64,000 nt of DNA from Octopus sinensis (taxonomy: Eukaryota). Position 1 is the first letter of the stretch. Every line of letters starts with the position of its first letter. This document shows, in pieces, positions 36,924-50,139 of the stretch. Location: contig NC_043008.1 of assembly GCF_006345805.1 (NCBI RefSeq), positions 77,996,001-78,060,000 of the forward strand, written 5' to 3'. The translations under genes were made by a program, and so were the position numbers. The notes beneath the pieces were generated by a model. The model saw only the letters and a list, made by a program, of their open reading frames with translations. It did no database searches and was not told the origin of the DNA.

Positions 36924-37642
36924 TCATCCATGGTCGACTTTATCAAAGGCTTTTGCAAAGTCAAGATATATTACCATCCAAATTGAGCCATTTAGTAGCT
37001 GTTTCAACACCAGTCACAGTGTTGCAGGAGATGTGTTAGGCAGCCTCTACCTGGTCGAAATCCATGCTGGGTGTCAGACAGTAAGTCATTTTCTTCAAGG
37101 AACATGATTAGTTTCTTACGGACTATTGTTCCATGACTTTGCTGATGTGTGAGGTCAGAGAGATAGGCCTATAATTTTTAGCATCTCTGCTCTACCTCCC
37201 TTATGGATAGGGCATATTACCCCCTCTTTCAGTTTGACTGGGAGCTTACCACTTGCAAGAAAGCTCTGAAAATGAAGCTGTAGCGGTTTTGCAAGGGCTC
37301 GTTGCAAAGGGATTCCAACATCACCATCAAAATACAGGTCCAGATACTGCAACAGCTGGGTTTCAGAGGACCACAGCTCTTTAACATCCTCCTAAATGCC
37401 TGAGAGACTTACATGGTGGATGTGGGTTTCTTTAAAACTAAACTAGATCTCTTCTTGGTGGGGAGTCCAGATGAACCTACCTCACGACAGGAGACACGGA
37501 TGCGGGCAGCAGCATCGAACTCCCTTGTGTGATCAAGTGCCACGTATCAGAGGTGGATTCACAAACTAGTGTAGCTCATTCAGCGGTGGTGCCCCAGCAT
37601 GGCCGCGGCTTCGGGCTAAAACATTTTTAAGGATTTAAGGAT
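36924..37642. mobile_element. CR1-group LINE copy with 5' inversion (minus-strand RT 36924-37320, plus-strand 3' end 37345-37642)
   Basis: The minus part encodes LAKPLQLHFQSFL..ICPIHKGG..QHGFRPGR..YLDFAK. The plus part matches 43490-43755, including ggtgccccagcatggcc. Confidence 0.8.
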
Positions 37643-37648
37643 TATATA

Positions 37649-37706
<58 letters not shown>

Positions 37707-37713
37707 TATATTG

Positions 37714-37786
<73 letters not shown>

Positions 37787-38269
37787 GTATATATATTTAT
37801 ATGTATATATATATATATATGGTTCCGTTTTCAGCAGAGAAAGACGTGATTGCCTTTGCTCTGTGAAAAAGTCTGCATAGAACGGCGAAATAACCCACTG
37901 TAGTTGCAAAACGTAAAACTCTAAGTCATAGAGATCACTACAACACTTTGGTTAAAAATATTTTTAAAAATATATATATAAATATATACATATACACAGT
38001 AATTTTTATTTTCGCCGAAACGCACATGGTGCAAAAATAACTGAATCAAGTTATCTCCTGCAAGAAAGAAAAAAGAAGCATCTCTCCTGAAAAAAAAATC
38101 CCGTAAACCAAAAAAATAATCCAGACCACATTGTTGGATTAAGTATCAATTTCATCTATTTCATATTTTATTTATTATTCTATTTTATCTTTCACTTAGG
38201 CCCACATCTTAGTTAAAGTTCCGATCGTCATTTGGTTTGTTTACATTTTCATAACTGTTCCCGATATAA

Positions 38270-39850
38270 TAATTTTCCAGATACTCTATCTTCTATTAGC
38301 CTTAAGATTAAATTAAATAACGTTTAATATTGATACCGTCAAATTAGCCTTAGGATTAATTAAGAACGTTTAATATTGTTTAATATTGTTAATAATTATT
38401 GTTAATTAGCCTTAAGATTAAATTATAACTTTAATATTGTTTAATATTGTTAATAATTTTTCAGATACTCTATCTTCTAATTAGCCTTAAGATTAAATTA
38501 AATAACGTTTAATATTAATAACGTCTAATTAGCCTTAGGATTAAATTAAAAAACGTTTAATATTGTTAATAATTATTGTTAATTAGCCTTAGGATTAAAT
38601 TAAATAACGTTTAATATTGTTTAATATTGTTAATAATTACTATTAATTAGCCTTAAGATTAAATTAAATAACGTTTAATATTGTTTTAATATGTTAATAA
38701 TTATTGTTATTAGCCTTAGGATTAAATTAAATAACGTTTAATATTGTTTAATATTGTTAATAATTATTGTTAATTAGCCTTAGGTAAATTAAATAACGTT
38801 TAATATTGTTTAATATTGTTAATAATTATTGTTAATTAGCCTTAAGATTAAATTAAATAACGTTTAATATTGTTTAATATTGTTAATAATTCTTCAGATA
38901 CTCTATCTTCTAATTAGCCTTAAGATTAAATTAAATACGTTTAATATTACCCACACTCTAATATAATATTAACATTGCTAATATATTTTCAGATACTCTA
39001 TCTCCTGATTAGCCTTAAGATTAAATAACGTTTTTATCCACACTCTAATATAATATTAATATTGCTAATATATTTTCAGATACTCTATCTTCTAATTAGC
39101 CTTAAGATTAAATTAAATAACGTTTAATATTAATAACGTCTAATTAGCCTTAAGATTAAATTAAATAACGTTTAATATTAATAACGTCTAATTAGCCTTA
39201 AGATTAAATTAAATAACGGTTAATATTGCTTAATATTGTAATATAATTTTTCAGATACTCTGTCTTCTAAATAGCCTTAAGATTAAATTAAATAATGTTT
39301 AATATTACCCACACTCTAATATAATATTAATATTGCTAATATATTTTCAGATACTCTATCTCCAAATTAGCCTTAAGATTAAATAACGTTTTTTTTACCC
39401 ACACTCTAATATAATATTAATATTGCTAATATATTTTCAGATACTCTATCTCCTAATTAGCCTTAAGATTAAATAACGTTTTTACACAACGTTTTAATAA
39501 CGTCTAATTAGCCTTAAGATTAAATTAAATAACGGTTAATATTGCTTAATATTGTATATATAATCTGTCTTCTAAATAGCCTTAAGATTAAATTAAATAA
39601 CGTTAATATACCACACTCTAATATAATATTAATATTGCTAATATATTTTCAGATACTCTATCTCCAATTAGCCTTAAGATTAAATAACGTTTTTTTACCC
39701 ACACTCTAATATAATATATATGCTAATATATTTTCAGATACTCTATCTCTAATTAGCCTTAAGATATTTTTACCCAAATAACGTTTTTACACAAACTTAA
39801 TATTGTTAATATTTCTTTTTCAAGTACTCTATCTTCTAATTAGCCTTAAT
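38270..39850 (+). repeat. AT-rich minisatellite of ~45-75-bp variant units (core aattagccttaagattaaattaaataacgtttaatatt)
   Basis: About 25 copies of ttagcctta(a/g)gatt with alternative modules (ttcagatactctatct; cccacactctaatataat). Confidence 0.92.
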
Positions 39851-39905
39851 ATCTTCCTGTCTTCTCTCGAACATAATTGATAAACGGATAGACGGATTAT
39901 CCAGC

Positions 39906-40817
39906 ATGTCCAGAGCATGGAGACGTGACGAGCTGGATTTATTCGTACGAGCATGGGAGTGCGCCGGCGGAGATAGCCCTAGCGAGGTGATTGCGGCTGC
40001 GCTGAAGAGCAGAGGCTACAAGAGGACAGCGGCTCAGATGGAGCGAAAGAGACAGGAATTCGTGCGCTCATATGCGCTTGTACGGTCGCACATTGGCGCA
40101 CTTGATGCCATCTTTGAGAACGAGCGGGGCAAAGATGGCAAGAATGGAGACGATGAAAGAAGTCACCACCACCTGGTGGACGCCCAGGAGGAGGTTTTGA
40201 ATGAGAAACCAGCCCGGGAAGTGAACCCAGGTGCAAGTTCTCCAACCGGCAGCAAGGGCCATGGAGACGGAGAACCCAGTGAAGAGGTAGAGGGAGGAAG
40301 AAGAACTAAAAGAAGGACTGGAAGAGCTAAAGGAAAAGAAAAAGCTCAAGCAGGACCAAAGAGAGAAACAACCAGGAGTAGAAGTGGAACCGCAAAGGAT
40401 GGAACCAAACAGCGCACACGGGTGTGTATGTTCTACCTGAGAGGTTCCTGCTGGCACGGAAAGGAAGGTGCAGGCTGCCGCTTTGCACATCGGGGACCCT
40501 GCCACAGAGACACGAGGCAGATGGACAAACCATCAACACAAAGAAAAGGGATGGACTACGCACCACCTGCCCCAAAGCGGAGGTACGCAGATGTTGTGCG
40601 CGCCACAAACAGCCAACATGATGTTGTCGAAAGAGCAGCTGCTGAGCAACAATCTTTTTTGTGCATGGCACAAAAGATTGTACAGCAGCTGACCTGGCTT
40701 CATCAAACCCAAGCCCGCAGGTGGGACTACCCACTATATACCAGACCACCACAGCAAACAGACACAGGATGGACACCGCCGGCAACAACGTACACCTCAC
40801 CTCGATACTCCTACTGA
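39906..40817 (+). CDS. LINE ORF1 (303 aa): Myb/SANT-like N-terminus + CCCH zinc finger
   Basis: Intact ORF; W..DE..LF..W..IA..L..RGY.RT..Q...K pattern; CMFYLRGSCWHGKEGAGCRFAH. Confidence 0.8.
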   Translation: MSRAWRRDELDLFVRAWECAGGDSPSEVIAAALKSRGYKRTAAQMERKRQEFVRSYALVRSHIGALDAIFENERGKDGKNGDDERSHHHLVDAQEEVLNEKPAREVNPGASSPTGSKGHGDGEPSEEVEGGRRTKRRTGRAKGKEKAQAGPKRETTRSRSGTAKDGTKQRTRVCMFYLRGSCWHGKEGAGCRFAHRGPCHRDTRQMDKPSTQRKGMDYAPPAPKRRYADVVRATNSQHDVVERAAAEQQSFLCMAQKIVQQLTWLHQTQARRWDYPLYTRPPQQTDTGWTPPATTYTSPRYSY

Positions 40818-43692
40818 ACATCAGAGGACTGCAAACACTCAGTAACAGGACAAAGATCCCGTTCCTGAGAGACTTTGTTGCATGCAATCAAGCCTTATGC
40901 ATAGCACTTACAGAAACGCACCTGAAACCGGACATAGCAGATGCGGAGTTACACATACCACAGTATGCTGTACTACGGACCGACAGGAAAAAAGGAGTCA
41001 TGGAGGTGTTGCTATGTACATCCGTGAGGACCTCACACCCCAGGTCCTCTTGTCATACTCAAACTCGGTGTGTGACACACTAATTGTACATATTAGGCAA
41101 CTTGATGTAGTTGTGTGTGCTACATATCGCCCTCCAGATGCCCCAAGCCATGTGGGCAAGTTTGAAGACTGCCTTATAAAAATAGAAGAAATTCTAACCA
41201 CATTAGAACAACACATAGGTGTGCTTCTTATGGGAGACTTCAATCTGCCCAATGTCAGGAATGACAAGATGTGAACGAGGACAGGCGAGGTCCCTCCTGA
41301 ACCTCATCAACACCCTGTACATGGAGCAGGTAATACTCCAACCAACCAGGGCAGGTAACACACTGGATCTCTGCTTCACAAATGACATGGATCTCATCCA
41401 TAATGTGAAAGTGACACCGACACTACTCTCGGATCACAACATGATAGAGCTGACCATGTACGGGCCAAAAGAGAGCACGGACATGCAGCCTACAAGAAAC
41501 CCTCAAAATCTTTCCAGCTTGAACTACCATAAGGCAAACTGGAAACAAATTGAGAAAGAGATCCTCAAACAAAACTGGCCTAAATGTCTCTCCTCGCCAG
41601 ACATCGACGTGAAACTTCAACAATTCATGTCTGTAATGCAAGCCATATGCTACAATGTGTCCCAGAGAGAAAGGCCACTGTACACAAGAACAAAATCCCC
41701 AGAGAGAGGAAAATTTTAATGAGACGGCGTACGAAATTTTCAAATCGCCTAAACAAACAGATTGAAAGCAGTGAAAAGTCCCGCCTAAAAATAAAACTGT
41801 TGGAAATCGAAAAATGTCTGCAACTCTCCCATGAAAAAGAAAGAGCAGACAAAGAAGCCTGGGCTATAGAAAACATAAAATCTAACCCCAGAGCTTTCTA
41901 CAGGTATGCCAAAGAAACAGCTACAGTGCACTGTAGAATAGGGCCACTCCTCGAAAAGGATGGCACACTTACAGGAAAACCAATGAGGGTAAGTGAAATA
42001 CTGAATGAGCAATTCAAGAGTGTTTTCACTCCACCCCTTGGGCATCTCCAAATCACCAATCCAACTGACTTTTTACCACTGCAGATATAAAATCAGAGGC
42101 GGCGACGATAGATTACATCGATATAAAGGAAGACGATGTAACCAAGGCTATAGATGAAATGAAAACAGACTCAGCTACTGGCCCCGATGGATTCCCGGCA
42201 ATCCTAAAAGCATGTAAGAGAGTCCTAGCAAGACCACTGCAGTTCCTCTTTCAGAGCTTCCTTGCAGCTGGCAAACTTCCAGGAAAACTGAAGGAAGGTA
42301 AAATATGCCCCATTCATAAAGGAGGTAGCAGAGCGGAAGCCAAGAACTATAGACCTATCTCTCTGACCTCACACATCAGCAAGGTCATGGAACGAATAGT
42401 CAGAAGGAAGCTGATCACCTTCCTTGAAGAGAATGACTTGCTGCCCGACACCCAACATGGTTTCCGACCAGGGAGAAGCTGTTTAACTCAGCTCCTACAA
42501 CACTATGACTGGGTGCTGAAACGGCTGCTCAACCACTCAAATGTGGAAGTGATATATCTCGACTTTGCAAAGCCTTTGATAAAGTCGATCATGGAATGAT
42601 ATGTCACAAACTGCGTGATCTCAACATAGTTGGAAAACTGGGAGAATGGTTCATGACTTTCTGAAGGATAGAAGTCAGGTGGTAGTAGCCAATGGGGCCA
42701 CATCCATTAACACACAAATAGTGAGCGGTGTTCCGCAGGGCACTGTTCTGGGACCACTACTGTTCATAATGGCCTCTCAGACATGCCCTCAGCCACGCAG
42801 AGAGCCACGATCACAAGTTATGCAGATGATACAAAAGTTTCACAGGCAATACAGACCCTGAGGACACTAAACACCTGCAATGTGAGCTGGACGAAATATA
42901 CAAGTGGGCTGAAAAGAATAGCATGCAGTTCAATGCTGGAAAGTTCAAGCTTTATACTATCAGCATGCAAAACTGAATGCAATACCCAATGAATACAGGA
43001 CCCGGAGGGATTGCAATCCCAGAGGCACAATCAGTGCGTGACCTGGGTATTCACATGAGTGATGACGCGACCTTTCATGTACATGTTGCTAAACTGACAA
43101 TGAAATGTAGACGGCTGGCTGGATGGATTCTTAGAACCTTTAGAACAAGAGAACAAGAAACATGATGGTCCTCTGGAAGACACTTGTCCTAAGCCACTTG
43201 ACTATTGCTCTCAGCTATGTCACCATCCAGTGTCAAGTTGATCACAGAACTTGAGGCGATCCAACGAAGCTACACAAGAAGATAGCCTCTAGCAGAATGT
43301 AAGCTACTGGGAAAGACTCAAGAGATTAAAATTATATTCCCTGGAGCGTAGGCGGGAAAGATATGCCATAATATACATCTGGAAGATCCTGGAGGGAAGT
43401 GTCCTGAACTTTGGCATCGAGAGTTACGCAAATGCCAGAACTGGGCGCCACTGCGTGGTGCCTAGGACTCCAAACCTGCCATCAAGATGTAGGACAAGAT
43501 TCTGTGATAGCCTGGGCTTTCGAGGCCCACAGCTCTTCAATACTCCCGAAGAACCTGAGAGACCTGCATGGGGTGGATACAGATGTCTTTAAAATGAAGC
43601 TGGATCTCTTCCTGTCAGGTGTCCCAGATGAACCAACTTCAAGGCAGGAGGGGCAGATGAGGGCAGCTGCATCGAACTCTCTCATGCAGTGA
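40769..43692 (+). pseudogene. LINE ORF2 (APE endonuclease + RT), broken by frameshifts
   Basis: LLNIRGL, IALTETHL, HGGVAMY, YRPP, MGDFNLP, NTLDLCFT, SDHN, GPDG, NYRPISLTS, QHGFRPGRSC, YLDFAK, GVPQGTVLGPLLF, YADD. Confidence 0.92.
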
Positions 43693-43855
43693 AACCAAGT
43701 AGCAACACCAAATGGCGGTGCCCCAGCATGGCCACAGCTCATAAGCTGAAACTAGAATCAATCAATCAATCAATCATATATGTATATTATATATATAGTA
43801 ATATATATATTATATATATATATATAGATATATGGTATATATATATAGTATTATA

Positions 43856-43980
<125 letters not shown>

Positions 43981-44002
43981 ATATATATATTATGTATATA
44001 TA

Positions 44003-44038
<36 letters not shown>

Positions 44039-44059
44039 ATTATATATGTATATACATAC

Positions 44060-44645
44060 ACCGTAGTAAGCACATAAATGCGAAACAGGTGGAAAATAGT
44101 ACTCGAATACAGAGGTAGAGTAATATGCTTTATTGAAAAGCAGCAAAAATATTACAATAACTGTTACTCAGAGTTTCACGTTCCAGTTAGCCGGACAGGT
44201 TTGTTTAAAATGGAACAGAAATAAGGTTATAAGCAAACATGTACAATTAGTGTAATGGATACATATTTCAAAATAGTTTTGTTTCATTTGTCCTTTCAAC
44301 TAACGGTTTTAAGCATGCAATGAACAAAATTCAGTATAAAATCATCTTATAAACTCGAAAAAAACAACCTTAAATGTAAGAAAGCTTATAAAACGGCAGA
44401 GTCTAAACACATAGGATAAATAATTATATGTAAAATATGAATCAATTAATACATTAAAAGCTATATCCGTTTAAAAATTTTAAATTTTCACGTTGAATTA
44501 CATATACCTTTAGCAGCATATGTACATCTAAACCATCTATAATATACATATACACACCAAAAACGCACAGATGCATGTACATAGTTGTATATATACCTAG
44601 GCATTAATGGGCGAGACATAAATATATACATATACATATATATAT
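44060..44645 (-). mobile_element. PLE-type 3' terminal fragment with degenerate hammerhead (44161-44198)
   Basis: Reverse complement reads ctgt-CCGGCTAA-ctggaacgt-GAAA-CTCTGAG-TA-acag. 44510-44630 is homologous, inverted, to 47545-47665. Confidence 0.45.
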
Positions 44646-45404
44646 ATCTATAAAACGCCCCCCACCCACGTCCAATGGACGGTGCTGAATTGTCAAACAT
44701 TTAAACCAAATTTTCTCAAAACAACTTGTCCGACCGTCCCATATGCTTCCCCTTTGAGAAACACTAATTTAACCTAAATTTGAGACACCAGCAAAGGAAG
44801 AAATAAAGATAGATTTTTTTCTATTCCAAAGAAAACCTATTTTATTTTAAACAGTAAGCTTGGCAGGTAAGAAACGTGCCTGTAAGCAGTACAAAGACAA
44901 CAAAAAATGGAAGGTGCAGAAGAGGTAACTAAATTGAGTTTGGCAAATTTGTTTGGCACTCAACAGTAGTTGAAAAAGAAAAAGAAAGAAAAATGATCGA
45001 CTCTGTATGAAATATGTATGCTTGGTGTTAAGGGAGGCAACTCCTATCAGCGCCATATAGTCAATTGTGCAACCAAACCAAAATGATTTCCCACGGCTTA
45101 ATCGATCGCATTCTCACTTGGAATCGATTTTTGTAAATTTTTCAAGACTAATACTCGCCCTGATACCCTCAGTATCTACATATTAAATTTGAGCGCAATC
45201 GGATGGATGAAGCCCGAAATCCGAGAAGACACAAAATCTGCTGGTGTATGCATATACAGGTATGTACATTTATGTATTTACCTGTATGTGAGCGTAGATA
45301 TGTATTTGTATGCATTTACATGTATGCGTACGTGTACACGTGCATGTGTGTAAGTAAACGGGTATGTATGTGCATGTGTGTAAGTATACGGGTATGTATG
45401 TAAA

Positions 45405-45637
45405 GCAGGCGGCGAGCTGGCAGAAACGTTAGCACGCCGGGCGAAATGCTTAGCGGTATTTCGTCTGCGTTACGTTGTGAGTTCGAATTCCGCCGAGGTC
45501 GACTTTGCCTTTCATCCTTTCGGGGTCGATAAATTAAGTACCAGTTACGCACTGGGGTCGATGTAATCGACTTAATACCTATGTCTGTCCTTGTTTGTCC
45601 CCTCTGTGTTTAGCCTCTTGTGGGTAATAAAGAAATA
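45405..45637 (+). mobile_element. Young SINE (family C) with perfect 14-bp TSD GGTATGTATGTAAA
   Basis: A/B boxes (tggcagaaacgttag; gttcgaattcc) and a gcctttcatcctttcggggtcgataaattaagtacc domain. TSD at 45391-45404 and 45638-45651. Confidence 0.88.
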
Positions 45638-45890
45638 GGTATGTATGTAAAATACATAGATGTTTATGTATACGTGTCCATATTTATATTTATGTGAGCA
45701 TGTATTTGCGTACTTATATATCTATATATATATAGTAATAACAAAGGGTAAAATTAATTAATTAAGAAGTAATCAATAATTTCACGAAGTAGAATTCGGC
45801 ATGAAAAAAGCTAACGTGTTTTGGCTGCTATTTCTAAGCTTCGGCATGTGGTAAAGCAAATCTTTGCTGAACCCTAATTATTTAGTATAT

Positions 45891-45933
<43 letters not shown>

Positions 45934-45970
45934 GTACTATAAATGTGTATTTGTATGTATATCTATACAA

Positions 45971-46031
<61 letters not shown>

Positions 46032-46038
46032 ATATATA

Positions 46039-47100
46039 GGCCAACAAAAAATGGTTTGCGTAAACGAATGGCCCTGCACAGATCCCAGATAAAAATTCCC
46101 CAAAACAGAAAAATAGCTTTTAGCCAACACATAGATACTTGCGCCAACAAAAAAACACCAAACTTCAGAAATTTCCCCCTCTACCAATTTAGGGACGATA
46201 CAACCTCGAGACAACGAATAAGTAAAGAAAATCTCTTTATTACAAAATACAAGCCACTTCTAAACGGGTCTACGACAAACAATTAATATACCTCAACTTT
46301 AGAATAAAAGAAAAAAATATATATACACACAAATATTACACTCCATAGAATCCATTACTAATCAGCCCCTTCATAGCTATACTTACACCCATTCATATTC
46401 CCCCTTCTCTGTTTTTTCTTCTTCTTCTTCTTCCTCTTCTTCTTCATCATCATCATTATCATCATCATCGTCGTCATCATCATCACCACCATCATCACCA
46501 CCATCTTCTCCTTCTCCTCCTTCTTCTTCATCATCATCATTATCATCATCATCGTCGTCATAATCATCACCACCACCACCATCATCGTCATCTTCTCCTT
46601 CTCCTTCTCCTTCTCCTTCTTCTTCTTCTTCTTCTACTTCTCCACCCCCTACCCCTTAACTTTGTCACTAATGTTTTTTAGTATAACACCTACGCTAATT
46701 CTATAAACCTACGCTAATTCTATAAACAAGCTGTCAATATAAATATTCTCCTGAATTGAACTGAGACTGCCAGCCGCCACTGACCATTCAAAATACGACC
46801 ATCAGGGCACTCCCAGATTCTCCCATCCCCCTTTCCCCACCAGCCTTCTTCCTCTACTACCTTCCAAGAACTCACAACGACCTCCGACACACAAGTGCAA
46901 ACAAGGGAGTCAGAGAAAGGCAGAATGCCACTTAAATCTGAACACTACTATAGAAATATTCTTTTAAAAAACTTTTATTCTAATTTTTCTAAATTTAATT
47001 ATTTAATCGTTACAGTTGAAAAGGTCTCAAAATGACCGAAACCGGTACTGAAATGTTCACTGTAAAATATTTTAGCATTTTCTATGTTTGACTTGTTTTC
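46039..47100 (+). mobile_element. PLE 3' fragment (GIY-YIG C-terminus + 3' UTR)
   Basis: GLRKRMALHRSQI..FSQHIDTC..KENLFITKYKPLLN. Confidence 0.8.
47013..47050 (+). ncRNA. Minimal type-I hammerhead with U3:A8 core variant
   Basis: cag-TTGAAAA-GGTC-tcaaaat-GACC-GAAA-CCGG-TA-ctg. Confidence 0.72.
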
Positions 47101-47499
47101 ATATATATATATATATAATATATATATGTGTGTGTGGTGTGTGTGTGTGTGTGGTGTGTGTGTGTGTGTGTAATTTTATGTGCGCATTCGTTGCGCATAA
47201 TTTATGAAGGATCTATTTTCTACTTGCTACTTGCTAGCGTCTTTACGTAGTGCTCGATGTTCCTATATTTTTCTCCCTTCTCTCGCTACTTTTCTGCTTC
47301 CCTTTCCTTATCTTCTCCAATGTTCTCATCCTCCTCCCCAGGCTTAATGTTTATTTTCTCTTTATTTCGTCTGTAACAATTGACCTGTTTATGCATACAC
47401 CAGAGGACTTTGTGCGCGTGCTTGTGTGCGTACACATACACTCATACATACACACATACATACACTCACACACACACACATGCGCGCGCGCACACACAC

Positions 47500-47545
<46 letters not shown>

Positions 47546-47659
47546 GAAGTTGTATATATATTTATGTCCCGCCCGTACATGTATACATATATACAACTAT
47601 GTACATGCGTCTGTGCGTTTCAGTGTATAGATGTATATTATAGAAGGTTGAGTATGTGC

Positions 47660-48585
47660 ATCTATATTCTTAAATGTGGAGGTTGTGGTGGAGACTACAT
47701 TGGTTAAACAAGCTTAACTTTGAGGGATAGACTTACGGTGCAAAGACAACAAATCCGGGGCCCCATCACTTGGAAAATTCCCATTAACCAGCACCTAGAC
47801 CAATGCCCCATAGACAAAAACCCTAAATACCAAATCTTCCCTCTCTATCAATGCACTGGAAACACTTCAACGCAACTCCGTTTAAAATAAGGAAAACATA
47901 CTGTTTTAAAAAATATAAACCACAGCTAAATATCCTTTAGAAAGAAGAAAAAGTAGTATAAAGAAGAGAAAAACACCCAATTTCAACACACAAAAAAACA
48001 ATAAAATTTTAGTGACAATCTCCCACCCGGGTTTCGAAACCGCAGCTCCAAATCACCACACAAACACAAGATGCTGACGTCACCCACTTCCAGTCCAATT
48101 ACATTCCACAAACACCAGTTGCTTACGTCACATAATTTCAAACCAATCAAAACCAACCGAAAAGACCCTTTAAGAGAACCAACCAGCCGGAACGACCTAT
48201 AACCGTATCTGCAAGTAAATCAACCAAGCAGAACGACAAGCTTGACCACGGAAGAAAAATGTCATAGATTTTTTAACGAATCAAAATCAGATCCGCTCGC
48301 AGAAAAAATTTATAAATACATCTTTCCCTAAACATACCATTACAAGCGAAAGCGACTGTTTAAAGAAGGTCTGAGAAACCGTAAACCAAATTTACTATTT
48401 TTACTATTTTAATTCCCACACTTGTTTTTTCCAGTATGGCTTGTCGACCACCACTGAAATTAATGAACCTTGTACATTCTAACAAATTAATGTACAGTTT
48501 TAATTTCAAACTTAGACCTTCTGTTTTGAACATGATAATACATTGAAGCATTTTAATTTATTAACATTGAAACATTTTAGTTTGT
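47660..48585 (+). mobile_element. PLE 3' fragment, same family as 11040-14290
   Basis: KCGGCGGDYIG; colinear with 13320-14270. Confidence 0.88.
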
Positions 48586-48586
48586 A

Positions 48587-48624
<38 letters not shown>

Positions 48625-48658
48625 GCACACACACACATACATATATATATATACATAC

Positions 48659-48705
<47 letters not shown>

Positions 48706-48801
48706 GCAATATCGTTTCCCTCATTGCTATCTTCACTGTTTGAGAAGAGTATTAAGAATAATCTCGTTCGAGATTACAAACATCTTTGGCTAGTTCAACG
48801 T

Positions 48802-49724
48802 TGTTGTAACCCCTAAGTTGATTGGTTGACATGTGACACGAGTGGTCTCTACTATGTTCGCACCGCTGGTTGTCACGTGACGCGAGTTGCCTCCGCTTAT
48901 TTTCGCGCCGTTTGTTCCAAGCAGCCAATCACAGCTTTTCATTTCTGAAGTTCGTTTGAGCCACATGAACCTTATATAAAGAAGGTTTTCAAACACCTCT
49001 CGTCTTTGGTTCTAGTCCTTCTCAGGGTTAACCTCTGACCACACAGAGCATACTCGACCATGTTCCAGTTCGAAAGGCAGGCGACCACCATTATATCAAG
49101 AGAAAAATAACCAAGCAGAACATATAATGAAGACGCTGCAAAAACCAAGCGACAGACACGACGTCATCGCCAACATCGTCTTTATCTACGAAGATTTAAT
49201 TTGTACACGAGACAACTACAGATTCAACTCTAGCGGTTAGGTGAAAATCTCACCACGGGAAAAACGGCTACGGTTAATATATCTGGAAGTATATTCATAT
49301 CAAGAGAAAGATAAACACAACAAGTGATTCAATTAATCTCAACTACGAGACACAACATCTTGATATGGAACTCTTACACTCCGTGTACCTCATAAACGGT
49401 AAATCAATTATCTGTCTTGAGTTCTAGTTCTTCTAAGAACTACCTTAAGCCATCTGCTACTACCTGTTGCTATGCTGATACCAACAACATGAACTAGAAC
49501 CAAATTCCATTGTTAATTCTATAGTCAGTACCTTTTATGCCTCACGAACACACAGACACAAAAACATGCTAACACTTACAAACTTCCAACATCAGCACGA
49601 TTGTAAAATATGTAAAATAAATATTGTATAGATCTCAAAAAGAAATCTTGTTGTCATTCCACTTGTGTTCTATTGCCGCTGTAGGTATTATATGGCCTGT
49701 AATATTTCAGTAAGAATAGGAACA
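48802..49724 (+). mobile_element. Possible solo LTR / LTR remnant
   Basis: TGTT...AACA ends, CCAAT (48926), TATATAAA (48973), AATAAA (49616), followed by ggtgcgac. No clear TSD. Confidence 0.4.
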
Positions 49725-50139
49725 GGTGCGACGTGTCTCCTACACGATACGACCGTATGTGATCCTACTTTTATATATATATATATATGCTTATATATTT
49801 ATCTGTGTGTGTATGTGTGTGTGTGCGTGTGTGTCTCTATGTATATATTTATATAAATATATAAAAATTATAATAAGTTTGTTGAATGATTACAACACCG
49901 GTCTGCTACAAATAGACCCCAAATGGTCTATGAACCACTTAGATTATTCCTCCATTACACAAGGTTGAAAGCGAGCAAAATAGACAGCAAGGAGGTATAA
50001 AATAATTTGTATAATGTCATATCTTTACATTTCACTGTTTGAGTTACCTAAAACCCTTTTCGATCATCAGTGGCAACATACCGAACGAAAATAAATGAAA
50101 AACATATACATTATGTCAATATATACATGTATGTATATA

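Larger units (their letters stand above)
37821..43776 (+). mobile_element. Apparently full-length CR1-group LINE with (ATCA)n tail, inserted in (TA)n
   Basis: Unique 5' start after (TA)n, then tandem array, ORF1, APE+RT ORF2, 3' stem-loop, and gaatcaatcaatcaatcaatca followed by (TA)n. Confidence 0.8.

Noticed and set aside
38270-39850. CRISPR-like appearance of the repeat array
   Set aside because: The spacers are themselves repeated, there are no cas genes, and the context is eukaryotic.
44860-44875. CAG|GTAAGA splice donor
   Set aside because: No convincing upstream exon or acceptor; expected by chance.
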